NCBI GenBank assembly: GCA_951406725.2
Contig: OX597832.1
Location: 63,860,001 to 63,924,000, forward strand
Source of the DNA: Octopus vulgaris
Lineage: Eukaryota
Direction of reading: 5' to 3'
DNA: 64,000 nt
Within the stretch, counting starts at the first letter, position 1. Every line of letters starts with the position of its first letter. The notes below the pieces were generated by a model, which did not search any database, had not been told where the DNA came from, and saw only the letters and a list, made by a program, of their open reading frames with translations. This document shows, piece by piece, positions 39,621-61,072 of this stretch. A program made the position numbers and the translations under genes.

Positions 39621-39791
39621 CAGCATATTGAAAAGGTTGCTGCTAGGAGGAGCCACAACAAAGCACGAACAAGTCTGGAATTGTTTTCTGTTTTTGCCAA
39701 TGAAAATATCGTTTATATTCTAGACATAGGAAGGCTTCACGTTGTTATGTTTTTATTTTTTTTTGGTAGAGGTTAGTGGCGTAGCTTGGAA

Positions 39792-39860
<69 letters not shown>

Positions 39861-40521
39861 CGTCGGGGAGTTCGTGGTGATCCGCCCCAGGCGGATCGAT
39901 TTCGAACGGGTGAAAGGCGAAGAAGAACGTTGGAATTTGAATTCTGAATGGAAGGAACCGGAACATGTATAAAGCAGGTTATTTCTTCCGTTGTTCCAAA
40001 GATTCTATCCGACCGACGCCTTTAAAATTGAGCTGTAGAGATTGGTTGATACCATCGATCACGGTCTGGTGTTCTTTTATTATTGTAAGAACTCCAAAAG
40101 AATGAATGGCGAAGTTGACCCCGCTATGATCTGAAACCAGGATGTAAAGATCCGATGCTGTTACGATTCTGCCAATTCACTGACCGCAAGAATAACTGTC
40201 ACAACAATAACAACATCGACAACGAAAGTGGGTCACTCGCTTCTGTGAAGTATGAAATAAAAAAAACATAAAAATACCTGCAACACATGTTGTCAAAATC
40301 TTTATTTTATTTAAAAACGATATAATCGTTATGCTTTACAAAATCTTGTATTGTTCGTTTGTTTGTTTATGCAATCGTATTGACATTTATAGAAATACAA
40401 ACAAATGAAGAAAAAAAAAACAGAAAATAAAGAACTAAAAAAATTGGTGAGAAAACTTTATCACGCCAAAAAGAAACCCTCTCATACATGTATATGTGTA
40501 TGTGTGTACATATAGACATTG

Positions 40522-40552
<31 letters not shown>

Positions 40553-40563
40553 TACACACACAA

Positions 40564-40648
<85 letters not shown>

Positions 40649-40864
40649 CATACACACACACACACTCTCCGCATAAAATTTTTTGCAATGAAAAAGATTC
40701 AAGAGACGTAACTCTAATTTACTATCTGTTTTTTTTTGGGAACTCCTTTCATTATTCCTTAGTTACCTCCCTTACATTTATGTTATATTCATTTTTTCAT
40801 TGTTTTCTTTTTCGTGAAGTAAATTATTCGACAAAATATTTCGCTCAGTCCATTTCAGCGATCA

Positions 40865-40937
<73 letters not shown>

Positions 40938-41459
40938 GATGAGATCTCCCTCCAGCACTCGTCTCTCTCCCAAAATAAGATTCACATAATTGTCACTGTG
41001 ACTTTCAGAATCTTATGAATTCTCTCTCTCTGCGGTTCCCTCTCTCCCACCTCTCACTCTCCCACACGTTGAAAACTTCGTTCAGACATGACACGTGTTA
41101 TCAAATACGCGGTATATTTACACCGTGTACAATGTGATTATTATTAAGAAATTTCCTGTTTAAAGCCTGTTCTAACATTAATGGGAGCCATCGAAGTGAT
41201 CACATAGACACACGCATAACGCGCCTGCGTAAGTTGAGAATAAACTCTGTGTAATATACGAACAACAACAACAACAACAACAGCATAGAGACAAGTCTGT
41301 AGCAGATAACAGCAATCTGTTGTACAAGCAAAATTTTGTTGTTGTTATTATGTATTGATTTCTATGGTCCCATGGAAAGGTGAGGGGGCAACACGAAGAG
41401 GGACAACTAAAGAAGGGACAAAAATGTGCCTGTTTGCCTATTTCGCTGATTGCAACAAA

Positions 41460-46510
<5,051 letters not shown>

Positions 46511-47606
46511 AATAACAATCTAGTATTAATGTGCATCAAAACGTCACATACAGGCGTTATATACACACGTATACATGACACATAGATATACATAAATATG
46601 TACACGCGCACACATCCTGACTTCTGTAAGGCAACAGTTGATAGAAACTTCCTAAGTTTTGTCTTATTCACCGTCATCAGACTGTGGTCTTTCTGTGATT
46701 TATGTTTGTAAACCACAGTTTGATGACAACTAGAACTTTGAAGTCATTCTCAACCGTCTCCGTTGAAAAAAAATGTGTCGTCTTGAGTAATCTTTCAGTT
46801 TACCGGCAAATTACCTTCATATATAACTTCACATGAAAAGTACACGTGTGTGTGTGTGTGTATACATGTATGTATATGTGTGTGTTGTATGGTTTTATAC
46901 AAGACGAATACTGATCTTTAAAAATGGAGACAATTATAAAACCAAAATGAATTATTTAGGTAACAAACGAAATAAGACAGTGAAAGTGAAAAACTGATAA
47001 AACTAATAGTGATGGTGAACGACAATACGTCTCTTTCCCCACTTACACCTTGTTCTACCGTTTGCAGCAAACATAGGTGGCACTGTTCAGCGTATGCTGT
47101 CTGTATAGAAGACACAATACTTCACTCTCACCTAGTCGTGGGGGCAAAAACTATAAATTTGTGTATACGTGTAAGTCATTGCTACCACCCCCTCCTAAAA
47201 ATCCCGGATATTCTTTTATAATTGGCATATATTTCGATGCTTTGTTTCGCTACATTCTTGACCTACCATATTTGGATTAAAATCGGACGCTTAAAAGTTG
47301 TGTATAGCTTTCTACCTGTGACTGACGGGCTTCACAAAAGCCAAATATTCAACTATCAATCAATGATGCATTGATCTAGTTAGATAGACGACTCTTCGAT
47401 CCAGACGACCGATTGGTTTATAATAGGATCTTTGGAAGATGGCAGCGGGTTTGTCAATATGGGAAGTCTTGGCGAGTCGATTCTCTGGAAAGCTTTTCTG
47501 CAACATTTCTTATCTTTCCCATTTTTAATTCCTCTCCTTGTTCACAATAATATGGTCAATCGACACCTTCACTTGGAACTACTAATACTACTATAACAAC
47601 AACAAC

Positions 47607-47724
47607 TTCTTCTTCTTCTTCTTTTTCTTTTTCTTTTTCTTCTTCTTCTTCTTCTTCTTCTTCTTCTTCTTCTTCTTCTTCTTCTTCTTCTTCTTCTTCT
47701 TCTTCTTCTTCTTCTTCTTCTTCT
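47607..47724. repeat. (TTC)n microsatellite
   Basis: Direct reading. Confidence 0.95.
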
Positions 47725-48259
47725 TGCATCAAAATATATAAAAAGCAAACATAAAACAAGCAAACTTAATTCTAAGTAGATTGAAACAGGACCCCGAAGG
47801 AGGAGAAATATCTAAACTTATATACCTATTGCTAGCAAGGTGCTACTATATTCGATGTCACAATATTGCTCATATTGAAACAATTCAGTATAATTTACAA
47901 AAGTTGGTGCCATTCCTCTCTGAGACGGTTGGCGGCCTTCTGTTGGAAATATCTCTTCCTGTTCTTTTAGCATAAAGGACATTTTTCTTCTTTAGGACTA
48001 CCATCGATCCTTAGGCGTCGTATGGCCGAACGATTACAAAGTTTGCTTTAGTGACAGATCTGCTCGATCGGTGCTGACCTGGGGTTTAAAAGCAGCAACA
48101 ACAAAACCTCCTTCACGTCAACTGTCAACCACATTCAGCTTGACACAGCGTCCGGCAGCAGGACTGAAGACATTTCTGTTGGAACAATAATCAGTGTAAT
48201 ACCGAAAAGAATCGGTAATTGATAAGACCAGATCAAGCCTTAAGAACACCTTAATGAAT

Positions 48260-48745
48260 AGCCTTACAGTAACCCTGAACAATATTTCAATATTTTTGCA
48301 TTATACCCTACATATTGTTTTAAGGTGTAACCTAGATAATATATGTATTACAGTGTGAGCTACAGAATCTGTTGCGGAGTACCCTGACCAATATTTTATG
48401 CCATACATTTCTTTTGCTTTTATGGCTAAATGCAGAATGTTACCGTAGAAAATAATTTTTATTATATACTACAGAATATTTTATGGGTACCCTATAAAAT
48501 ATTTCACGTGCTTCTATGCAACAGATGTCATTGGGTTCCCTATGGTATATTTTGTTGTATCCTACAGAATGTTTTATAGAGAATAAGTATTACAACATAC
48601 AGTATCGATTGCTCTATAGGTACATTACATACGGTGCACCCTAAATTTATTTGTGGGTATCCTACATAATGTTCCATGGTATACGCTACACTATGGTTTA
48701 TGAGTACTCCCGATGGTTTGCCATACATAATGGTTTATGGAGTTA
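48260..48745. repeat. Old degenerate minisatellite, ~22-23-bp unit resembling ggtaccctacagaatattttat
   Basis: Recurring accct/atcct-ac-a(g/t)aat-(a/g)ttttat-gg motif. Confidence 0.6.
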
Positions 48746-49022
48746 TTCAACTGAAAAATACAAATTTATTCCATCACCTACTATGTGCACATATCTTCAT
48801 AACGGTATAGCTGTTCATTCACCTACATAACACATATAACACTATATATATATATATATATACACGCATGCATACATACATGCGCATGGATGCACGTATG
48901 TATATATACACTCACATGCGCATGCATGCACACACACGTACATACACCTATATATATGTGCATATATACACCAACATATATGTATACATATGAATACACT
49001 TATGTACACAAACACACACACA

Positions 49023-49083
<61 letters not shown>

Positions 49084-49841
49084 CTTTCATATGTGCTGTT
49101 CACTTTATGTCCTGTAATATAATTAATTTCAAACGAATAAATGTGCAATAAATAAATAAATCGACAATAAATTTGTCAAGAATAACAATGTAATTAAAAA
49201 CGTAATTAAAACAATACATCATATTTATTACAATCAGATTGTGAACGAGACGAAGTGTAAGAAATTGTTTTGTTTTTATATGAAAGTTTTAATTTTCTAA
49301 TGTGTATATTATCACATATTTCTATAATCATGAAAGCTTAATTATAATGATAATATTGTTTGTTTGCTGGTGTCGTTTAGCCCTAGGTCAGTCCTGATCC
49401 AGTAAACGTATGAATAAGTTTCGTTTTAATCCTTTTGATTCCAATCTGCCTAAGACCATCCTGGTTCTATGATACAAAATTTCATGATTGAGAGTGATCT
49501 GAATGAAAACCACCGTAATAATTAAAAATTGACACACCAAACATCAGATTAATAATGACCGTATTGGAAAAGTTTAATTGTAATGAAGGCAATGGATTTA
49601 AAGAGATTAACCTCGATAAACCTGTATATTTTATTTTCGCTATTGGACATTCATATATTCAGACTTATGTCACTATCTTGGTGGATATAATGATTAACGC
49701 TTCTATCGTTGTAGCTTAGACCTTCTTAATGTCCTTTTCGTATTTAGTAACCTTTTCAGAATTTGCCACAGTAGCCTTTATTAAATGTACTAGGGTAGCT
49801 TGAATAAATTTACACTCGTATTTAAATCATATATATATATA

Positions 49842-50163
49842 GGCGCGTGGCTTAGTGGTTAGGGGCAATCGGCTCATGAACGTAAGGTTGTGAGTTCAAT
49901 TCCCGGCGACGCGTTGTGTCCTTGAGCAAGACACTTTATTTCGCGTTGCTCCATTCCACTCAGCTGGCAAAAATGAGTAGTACCTGTATTTCAAAGGGTC
50001 AGCCTTGTCACACTCTGCGTCACGCTGAATCTCCCCGAGAACTACATGTTAAGGGTACACGTGTTTGTGGAGTGCTCAGCCACTTGCACATTAATTTCAC
50101 GTGCAAGCTGTTCCGTTGATCGTATCTGCTGGGACCCTCATCGTCGCAACCGACGGAGTGCTC
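49842..50163 (+). mobile_element. Full-length SINE type C in a (TA)n tract
   Basis: A box tggcttagtggttagg, B box gagttcaattccc, core gtgtccttgagcaagacactt; TA repeats on both sides. Confidence 0.85.
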
Positions 50164-50473
50164 CTATATATATATATAATGTATTCATGTGTATAAGTGT
50201 GAAAGTATATATGTCTTCTTATATGTATATCTTAATAGTATATATTATTTCATATTTTGTGTGTGTGTGTGCATATATATGTATGTGTATGTGTGTATTT
50301 ATGTGTACACATATACACACGATTTACATCTAGTGGGGTAGATTGAATAAATTTATTCGTGATGTTTATTACTGTCACTCCGCTGTTCATACCAAAGCAT
50401 ATTTTTCTTAATTATAATTATTTGCGATCCCACCAGCGTGTTATACTTCAGCCAGTGTGTGTAGAAATATCTC

Positions 50474-50568
<95 letters not shown>

Positions 50569-50894
50569 TGTATGTATGTATGTATGTATAGTTGTAATAA
50601 TGAAGTCAAACCAAATAATGATATTTCGTAAACTTTCCTCAGAATTCAAATATTGTGCACCGCTTCTTAGCGTAGCACGAAATATATACTGACCCTCGGA
50701 TATATGTGTGTATGCTGTCTTCATAATTGCACATGATAGCTGGGTTTGGTAAGTGATTGATGAAATGCCATTACTTGCTAATTAAGCATAGATAAATTTA
50801 TGCAAGTTTTCTTTTGTGTGTAATTTATCGCACACAATCATTTATATAGAATGTAGTTGGTAGAAGGATGGTACTGGAACAATTGTAACTAATA

Positions 50895-51102
50895 CTGGTT
50901 TTAAATTTTGGCACAAGGCCAGCAATTTCTGGGTTAAGTCGATTACATCGACCCCAGTACTCAACTGGTACTCATTTTACCCATCCCTAAAAGATGAAAG
51001 GGAAAATCGACCCCGGCAGAATTTAAACTCAGAACGTAAAAATGGATGAAACACTGTTAAACATTTTCCCGGCAGCGAACGATTCTGCCAGCTCGCTGCC
51101 TT
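50895..51102 (-). mobile_element. SINE type A with 14-bp TSD
   Basis: aattgtaactaata (50881-50894) and aattgtaattaata (51103-51116). Confidence 0.8.
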
Positions 51103-51195
51103 AATTGTAATTAATATTTAACTTCGGCTATATTGATATCTTCAACGTCTTCCGTGTTCGTTATATATATACACATAAAAACACATATATGTATG

Positions 51196-51258
<63 letters not shown>

Positions 51259-52110
51259 CACGCCACGCGTGGATTGAACTTAGAGTAATTGTATCATTTA
51301 GGGTTTTACTTTTCTTACCAACTAAGTTATTATTTGAAAGTTTATTAGGGTACTGTTTCTAGCAGGTCGTGCGGCCATGCAAGAGTTGCTCGATAGGCAT
51401 TTTACAAAATTAATTTCTAACATAGGCACAAGAATGGTGGTAGTATTATCATTGATCACATATCGATTACATACCAGTAATTGGCTAGTATTGTATTTTA
51501 TCGACTATTGAAACAGGAACCTCCCCCCATTGAACTCAATACACAAACAAATGACGCTGGTGGGATTTGAAATCAGAATGTGAAGGGCTGGAACTAAATA
51601 AGGTAAGGCATTTTGTCTGATGTTCTAACGTTTCTTTCAATAATTATCTTCCCTCTATCGAATCCTTAATTAAATCGTCTGTTAAATGGACACGTTTAAA
51701 TCGATTTAGTTAATGAACCGAAGCACTTTGGAGTTTGTCGTTGATGCTAAGGAGCGAGGAAGTGGAACAGTGACCTGGCTTACAATTAATGACAGTCAGT
51801 AACTATCGGTGGATTTATTATTGACTTCAGTAGGCGGTACACTGTAATCGTATGCTTACGTTATATATATGTATATTTTTTCTATCAGATGCCTACGTTT
51901 AATTGTATATGGATATATAAATAGTATAAATTATGTATTATATATAATGGTAATATATACATTGTACACGAATACACACACATTTAAACATGTGTATGTA
52001 TATGTACGTACATATGCCTATATGTGTAAACGTGTTTATTTGTATCCATGTGCACACACTCATACATACATGCACACACTCATATATACACATATAATTA
52101 CGTGTATACA

Positions 52111-52167
<57 letters not shown>

Positions 52168-52840
52168 TTGTACAGACATACACACACACTCGCAAGTGGG
52201 GGGAAATGAAAAAAAAAACAAGAAAGAACAATAAAGAAAACAAAATTAAAAAGAAAACGGTAAAAGTTTAATATTTGTGAGTCAATACAAGAAGGTTGGC
52301 TTCTCTTCGTTTCCCTCTTTTCCAAAAGAAATTGAGTGATAATCCTTGAACCCAGTACCAGTAATTATACCGGAAGAAACCATTATTTCGAATTTACATT
52401 TATCATCTCTCTCTCTCATGTAACAATGGTAACAACAACAACCACACCAATCAAATTCCATCAAAGGCCTGGAGTTTTCTTTCTTTTGACTTTCAGTAAC
52501 GTTACGAACTTTTTATATCTTATATCAATCTGACTTGCTTTTCCTATCCATAACCACCGCAAAAAAATAAAAATTAAATTCAAAGCAAGAGTCTTGTCGT
52601 GTATACAGTCAGATGATAAAATTGTGGACTCCATGATGTTTTAATTGTGCTTCAATTATTATTTACCAATAATTAATAAACCAAGTTGCAGCGTTTCCTT
52701 CTGTGAAATCAACGAAAAGCATTGATTTCGTCAAATCGGTCCACAACGTTATAAATAACCAGTTCGCCATTTTGGAGCGTCGTACTGTTTCGTTCGCCAT
52801 TTTAGTTTTGTGAAACTATCATATATATATATATATATAT

Positions 52841-52959
<119 letters not shown>

Positions 52960-53458
52960 CATATATAATTATTGTGTGTGTATGTGTTTGTTATTCATCG
53001 TAGTAACTTTTAATTTCGTTAATAATCGCAGAGGGAATAAAAAGAAAGAAAAGCAAGGAAGTTAAAATAAAATGAATGTAAAAAATAAATGCAAAACAAA
53101 AAAATAACAACAACAACACATCTAACATACATATATCTAACCCGGTTCCTTCGCAAAACAAAAAAAAACTGTGTGAATCAATTATATTTTTTTTGTTGAT
53201 TAATTTTTCTTATGTGTTATTCTTCGTCTGTAAAATCCTCCCCCAAAATTTAGTGTTTAGGATGTAAATAAGCTGTCAGTTATATATACACATATGTCAT
53301 ATATACATACACATATATACACACACACGTTGTGTATATGTATATATGTATGTGTGTATATGTATTCACACGTAGTGTATGTATATATACATACATACGT
53401 AGTATGTGTGTATATATATACATACAGTCGTATATATGTATATATGTACACATACGTA

Positions 53459-53493
<35 letters not shown>

Positions 53494-54877
53494 GTATGTG
53501 TACATATATACACATATACGACGTATGAATGAATATATATATGTACACATTTGTACACATATATATATAATATACACACATATGTCGTATAAGAAGCATG
53601 TGTGTATATATACACACACCGTACCTTCTTATACCTATAAAGACGTTACATATATACATAGACATTTATTTGCATACTCTTATCTCTACATTTATGCAGA
53701 CACATCCACGCACCCTTGTTTACCGTCCACTTATCAGCTGGTGTTGATCTTCCATATCCTGTATAGAATATCTTCTCTGTTTTATCCCCAGAAATTTCCT
53801 AATCTGAGAAAACGTCTTTGAATCAGTTTGGGTTCGGTTGAGACCCGAGAACTTAGTCAGATCGATGCAAGTCGATATTGATATTGGTGATTTTAATCAT
53901 TGTCTGAACTCCTCCTTACAAATTTGCTCTTTTTTTTTTTTCCCTCCATCCAGTCTTACGCCTCCATCTTCTCTAATTTATTGTTATTATCATCATCATT
54001 ATTATTATTATTATGATTATTGTTTCCCACATTTTTTCCTGATCCATAAAAAGATATTTTTTCTTCTTCATTCTCTCCCAGAATCAACACCTCTTTTTCT
54101 CGCCTCCTCTCTCTCCTCTTCCTCTTGCCTTCAATTGATCATCATTCCCATCATCACCATCATTATTTTTCCAGTTATCGTAGCAATTGTTGTTGTTGTT
54201 ATAATTTATCAAGATAATAGTCATTGTTATTGTTGTTGTTTACATTATAATTATAATTATTATTGTTATTATCATATTATTATTATTATAATAATTAAAA
54301 AAAAACTACTTTTTTTATCGAAATTCCAATTCTCTATGAGGCATACACAGCATATATACAAACTCCCATGAATACACACACACACACACATATTTGTATG
54401 GAGATTGTATTATATAACCCCCCATATAAACATACATACACAACACACGCACACATATATAACAGCCGTCATACACACATATACACGTTTATAGTCAGTA
54501 CTGTGTTTGTGTATACTTTTTTTTTTTTTTTTATTTTATATTTTCGTTAGTCTGAGCTGTTATTTTTTCAAATTAATTATTTTTTTCAAGGTTATTTTTA
54601 AGAACTTTTTTTTATAAATACAAAAATATTGAATATACGCAGTTCTAGACCATTCTTAGAATCCGCTGATGCTGAAATTACACGACGCTGTCTTTATTTC
54701 ACTTTTCTTTCAGATTTTTTTTTTGCTGGATCTTTCTTTATTTCTGTGTTTCTCGCTCGTTTCTCCACCTGCCTCTGTTTTATAATATTTTTCATTTCAT
54801 ACAGATATTGTGAGTATTTATTAATATATTTGTTGTTGTTGTTGTTAGAGTAAGAGTAGTTCTTGGTTGTTCTTGGT

Positions 54878-54950
54878 TCTGACGTCACTTCACTTCCTGT
54901 GCATGCGTAACCATTTGTGTTTCTTAGAAGTAGACTGTGATTTCCGGTCT
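54878..54950. promoter_or_regulatory. Candidate promoter/enhancer motif cluster
   Basis: Perfect CRE TGACGTCA, ETS-like CACTTCCTG and TTCCGGT, NRF1-like TGCATGCG within about 70 bp of non-repetitive sequence. Confidence 0.35.
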
Positions 54951-54987
54951 TTCATCTCGTAGGTATTTATCATAGCCATTCTGTACC

Positions 54988-55054
<67 letters not shown>

Positions 55055-55349
55055 GCAAGAACAACACTGATAAATTCGTATTGATTTTTATGTTTGTTTT
55101 TAAGGATGTTAGTCATATTAGTATAATTAAGAGTAATAAATTTAAACAATATAATCAGCTAGTAATTAGCAGTTAAGAATACAATTAAAGTTAAGATAGA
55201 AACGAGAAAGAAAATAATTATATTTACAATTAACCATAATTAATGAAATTTAATTGAAATAATAGCAATTCCAGAATTAAGATACGGACATTAAAAAACA
55301 TATATATACATATATATATATATACACATATATATATATATATAACCAA

Positions 55350-55920
55350 AAATGATCGTTGGTTTACTAATGGCTTCCGCTGCTGTTAGTGATAAAATAT
55401 TGGCATCATATATCTTGGTAAACTTATAGTAGTGTCCGTTAAAGTTAGCCTTTCCAGTAAAGAACGATATTGTCTGTAACCTACAGCTATTAATTTTTCC
55501 AAGATCATTTAGCTCACCACATGCTAGAGAATGGGCTGAGCATTTTGGTAATCACTTTCTGGTGATTATAATTAACATCCAAGGATCCTATAGAAAACTA
55601 TAACCCTTTAGGCCCCAGATATAGCTATATTTTCTCCGTCTGTTTGAACGAATCCTTCTTGAAGACAAAATCTAGGAAGTCTTGAACAATTTGTCGCATT
55701 CCTTTTAAAGGGAAAATAAAAAGGGTCTTTGGAGACACAAATCTCTCTAAGATAAAATTCAGGTAACTGCTCTGGATCTATACCTCTTTTATATAAGCCT
55801 AGTGGTTGCTAATTGAAGCTTTCTTGATATCCAATTTGTGGTGGAGAAGGTCATCTTTACATTATGATCGATGAACTTGGACACAGACAAACTAAGGAAA
55901 CAATTCTGTTTCTTTATATC
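55350..55920 (-). mobile_element. Decayed Penelope-like reverse transcriptase fragment
   Basis: Minus-strand remnants SLDVN (S.DV..L motif) and NFNGHYYKF (F.FNG..Y.Q motif) in the expected order. Confidence 0.5.
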
Positions 55921-55939
55921 AAGAATTCAAAGAATTTCT

Positions 55940-56602
55940 GGAAAGGGAAGTTGATCTCGGCGGGATTTGAACTCGTAACATTTTGTCCAAACTCTAACGT
56001 TTCTGCAGGTTCATAATTCATATTGGTTTCAAATTTTGACACAAGGCCAACGATTTCAGAGGAAGCGGGGTAAGTCGATTATATCGACCCCCAGCGATCA
56101 ACTGTTACTTATTTCATCGACCCCCGAAAGGATGAAAGGCAGAGTCGACCCCGGCGGAATTTGAATTCAGAACGTAATGACGGACGAAAAGCCGTTAAGC
56201 ATTTAGTCCGACATGCTAACGATTCTGCCAGTTCGCCGCCTTAGATTTATAATTCGTATTAATAATGATTTAGGTACAAAATCACAAAGCTTTGCAGGAG
56301 GGGAAGAAAAGTGGAGTCGACCTCGGCCGGATTCAAGTTGAGAACAAGAGATAGCACATCATTAAATAATGGAAAGAATTTACTCTGGTATCTTGCGATT
56401 TTGGGCATAATGCCAACTATGGGAGAGGATTAGTCGATACCACCGATCTCGGAATTTGAATGGTACTTCATTTTATCACCCCACCCCGAGGGATGAGAGT
56501 CAGAGTTTATCTCCGGCGGTATTTGAACTGAAAACAAAAAACATCAGAAGGAACACCGCAACTTTTGTTCGACGCTCCAACGACTCCATCATCTCGTCGC
56601 CT
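55940..56602 (-). mobile_element. Cluster of type A SINE copies
   Basis: Best copy 56025-56242; further diverged copies on either side. Confidence 0.75.
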
Positions 56603-57961
56603 TACATAATAAAAATGATAATAATAAAAATAACAATTAATACGTAAGTATGTGAATAAATGTTTCTTAGTTCTGGAATGGCATTATTTTAATGATGATA
56701 AAATGAAGTTAAATGAATCGTAATATTTGTATTAATAAGAACGAAATGCGTCATTACGTTAGGTAATTAACCATTCAATTAATCATTGAAGTGCTTAAAC
56801 AATTAACGAATTAATTTTATGTTAGATTAGCGAAAATAATGTATTTAGAAAAAGAAAAAAATGCTATTTAAAAATCATTAATTTAAAGAAACAAAGAATC
56901 TTTGATAAAAAATAAGATTGAAACAAATAAATGTTAATATACATAAACAGATGTTTGGCTAATTTATAAAAAGCAGAAAAAGTGAAAGTAGATTTTACAT
57001 AGACGCACAGACAATAGAGTGAAGCAAGAAATGCTGATAGTAAAAACAACATCAAGAACAACAACATTTTGTAATACATGCACAAAATCCACACAAGATC
57101 AGTGTTTATCGGTGAAATCAACTCCAGTGCATGACTGGTAATGAATACATATATATCAACCTCTGTGAGGATAATAAAGGGAAGTCGATCTTGGCGGGAT
57201 TTGAACTCAGATCGTAAAGAAAGACGTAACTAAATACTAGACAGGAATTTCGTTCCGTCACTTTACAGATGCTGCAAATCCAGCACCCGTTTCAGAAATG
57301 TTAATAATAATAATAATGATACTAATAATAACAACGACGATGACAACCACAACAACTATGGCAATAATATATAAGGGAAAATCGAGAGCGCATGCATTGA
57401 TACAAAGTGAGTGATACTGTTTTGAAAGAAACAGCAAGTAAACAGTCAAACATAAAAGAGGACATTTGGAGATATCGAAGAAGCAGACGATAAACATTGA
57501 GAAGGTGTTTGACGTGCAAGACTTCAAATGCAATCATGCTTCTTACAAACCATTCCAAAACAAATACTGCAAAGCTTTTCGCTTTATCGTTACGTTTTGT
57601 CCGGTCCATGAAGGAGATTAACTTCAATTTTAGACAAGATATTTCCTTTTGGTCGGAACTTAGTGAAATAACACCAGTCGGTCCAAAATGGCGAAAATAC
57701 CCAGCTAATCCAGCATTGAAGTTATCACCCTCCGGTCCGCATTAAATATATTTTTCTTCTCTCAATTTGAAACAAGATGCATTTAATTCTGCTTTAAATT
57801 ATCTGCTTTAAAATGGAGTTTGTTTTCATCATATCAAAGGTGGAGATCCATTGATCCAAAATGGCTGATTTTTGTGTACAGAAAACTTATATACAATTCC
57901 TGTATATAGTTTGAAGGTGTTTCATTGCTGCTTTTCTATGATTTTGATTTTAATTTCATTT

Positions 57962-57994
<33 letters not shown>

Positions 57995-58059
57995 ATATAT
58001 ATATATCAAGTGTGTATAAATATTCTTCGTGCATTTGTAATTTATAAATCAATACAACA

Positions 58060-58111
<52 letters not shown>

Positions 58112-58334
58112 TCACATACTCTCACAATTGTGTTTATGTCTCAACGTGTATGCACTTCTACGTTTGTATAATATAGTCACATATGTTTTGAGTATACATG
58201 CGTATAACGTACGTGTGTATTAATTGTGATACTCGTGCTGTATGATATGGCTTTTTGTATTCATATTTGTGAAGCATTTACCTTCGGGTATGTTTCTAAA
58301 TGTCTGTGCATAACATGTATACACATACAAGGTA

Positions 58335-58407
<73 letters not shown>

Positions 58408-58656
58408 AACACACACACCAGAGCAAAATTTAGGTCGACAATATTTTGCACAAGAACACTCCAACATTCATAGCAAAAGAACGCAGAAGCAATTCGAAAC
58501 CAAATATCTGTCTCAGCAATGTCGGCCAGTTTCATAACACTGTAACCGTTTTCCAGAAGCGTGTTATAACGAATGTTACAATCGCCTCGTTTTTATGGCG
58601 TGCTAGACACCAGCTCCGAAATTCTAAGTCGCTCCGCATATATATGCAGTTACACA

Positions 58657-58761
<105 letters not shown>

Positions 58762-58993
58762 ACAAATATATATATGGTGATGCAGTTGCCATATAGAAAT
58801 AGAAAACAAACTTAATACATGTGTTAGAAGAAATAATCTTGCATTTAAAGAAATAGAAGTTGAAAATGACCGGGTGGATCATTATATGTCTGTAGTTTCT
58901 TATACAATGATCATCAGACAAATTCGGGAAAACAGATATTCCGGAAAGAAATTTGGCTCAGGGAGGAAAATTATGGACCAGTATTGTTCTCCA

Positions 58994-59037
<44 letters not shown>

Positions 59038-59268
59038 CAAAATGTGGAACGTCGCCTGGAGTAAAGTTACACTGAGTCACAACTTCAGCCGGCCGGATTT
59101 GGTGCCTGAAACTAACAGGCTAACATTCCTCATATCCAGAGAACTGTCAACGGATTACTCAGTTTAGAAAGTACCAAGTTATGTTATATATCCAAACTAA
59201 AAGACAGAAATAAAAACATCATAATGTCGCCAGTAGGAATCGAAACCTGTGACTGATATGATACAATG

Positions 59269-59622
<354 letters not shown>

Positions 59623-60072
59623 TTACACACACAACTGAACTTGTTGATAACTAGAACTAAGCATATGTTTGTATGTATTTAAATGTATGATGCATGTATA
59701 TATATTTATACACACACTATATATGTATATATATACCTAAATAATTGAGTATGAATATTTACACAGTGTCATGGGTGTATATAGATATATAAATGTGTGT
59801 GTGTGTGTGTCTGTGTACATCTATATGTGAGTATATATATATATACAATTATCTATATATTCGAATATTTATAATTAAGTTTATATATCCCTAATTACTT
59901 ATATGTACACACACAAACACACACACATATAAGTACAAATTATCATATATGTATGTATATTTATAGGTATAAATTACCATATATATGTATATATACATAG
60001 TTAACGCAATTTAATATAATAGTTTTTGTGAGTGTGATGGAAACACCCTGTATGTGTACACATACATATTTA

Positions 60073-60116
<44 letters not shown>

Positions 60117-60607
60117 CACACAAACGTGTTGATACATAAATGAAGCGGTGTATAATTGAATTATAAGAATTAAAGGCTTCAACAAGATAACTCTATAATT
60201 TCGTATTCACAAGATTTACTTTCAAAGCTTTACAAATTTAGCTTTCAATTAAAATTTCGTGGTATGAGAAATATATTTCATGTAAACAGTGCATAGACAC
60301 ATTGATACTGTTATAAACACCTTCCCTAAATATATTATTATATGAATATACAAATTTAATTAAATTTCTTGCTATGTAATTTTGTTTCGTGTTTATGTAT
60401 TATTATGTAATTACAACATTCGTCTTTGAAAGAATTTTTGCGCTGAGGGTATTTTTTTTCCTTTTGTTTTTGGTTATTGACTCATTCAATTTTATTTATT
60501 TTTACCGCTAACCCTTTCTCAAGTGTTTGATGTGAAAATCTGAAAAGAATATATATATATATCTTTCTACCTACATAGCTTCATATTTATCAGTCTGTCT
60601 GTCTGTC

Positions 60608-60661
<54 letters not shown>

Positions 60662-60683
60662 CTAGCTACATATTTATCTCCCT

Positions 60684-60746
<63 letters not shown>

Positions 60747-61072
60747 GAGAGAGAGAGAAAATCGACAATGCTTAAACTTTAATCTTAGTCTGTTTTGTTA
60801 CTAAAAGGGTACCGTCACCAAGCGCGTGGGTGAATTAAATAAAAAATGTCTTCCCTCATCTTTTTTTTACTTTAACATTTTACATTCTGGAGCTGTTCTT
60901 TTCGCCAACATTTCAAACACTTCATAAATCATACAAAAATAACATTTGTCGAATTACAGGAAGTTAAAAATTACAGTTTATTGACTGGAACCGTGTCTGT
61001 GACCAGTTCGCAGATCGTGCGGCGGAAAGTATGACACTGAATAATAAATATTTAAGTGAAGTCAACAGTGTA

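Noticed and set aside
59040-59135. HDV-like ribozyme impression (gcctg-aaactaa-caggc-taa-cattcc)
   Set aside because: I could not build P1, P3 and P1.1 of the nested double pseudoknot by eye.
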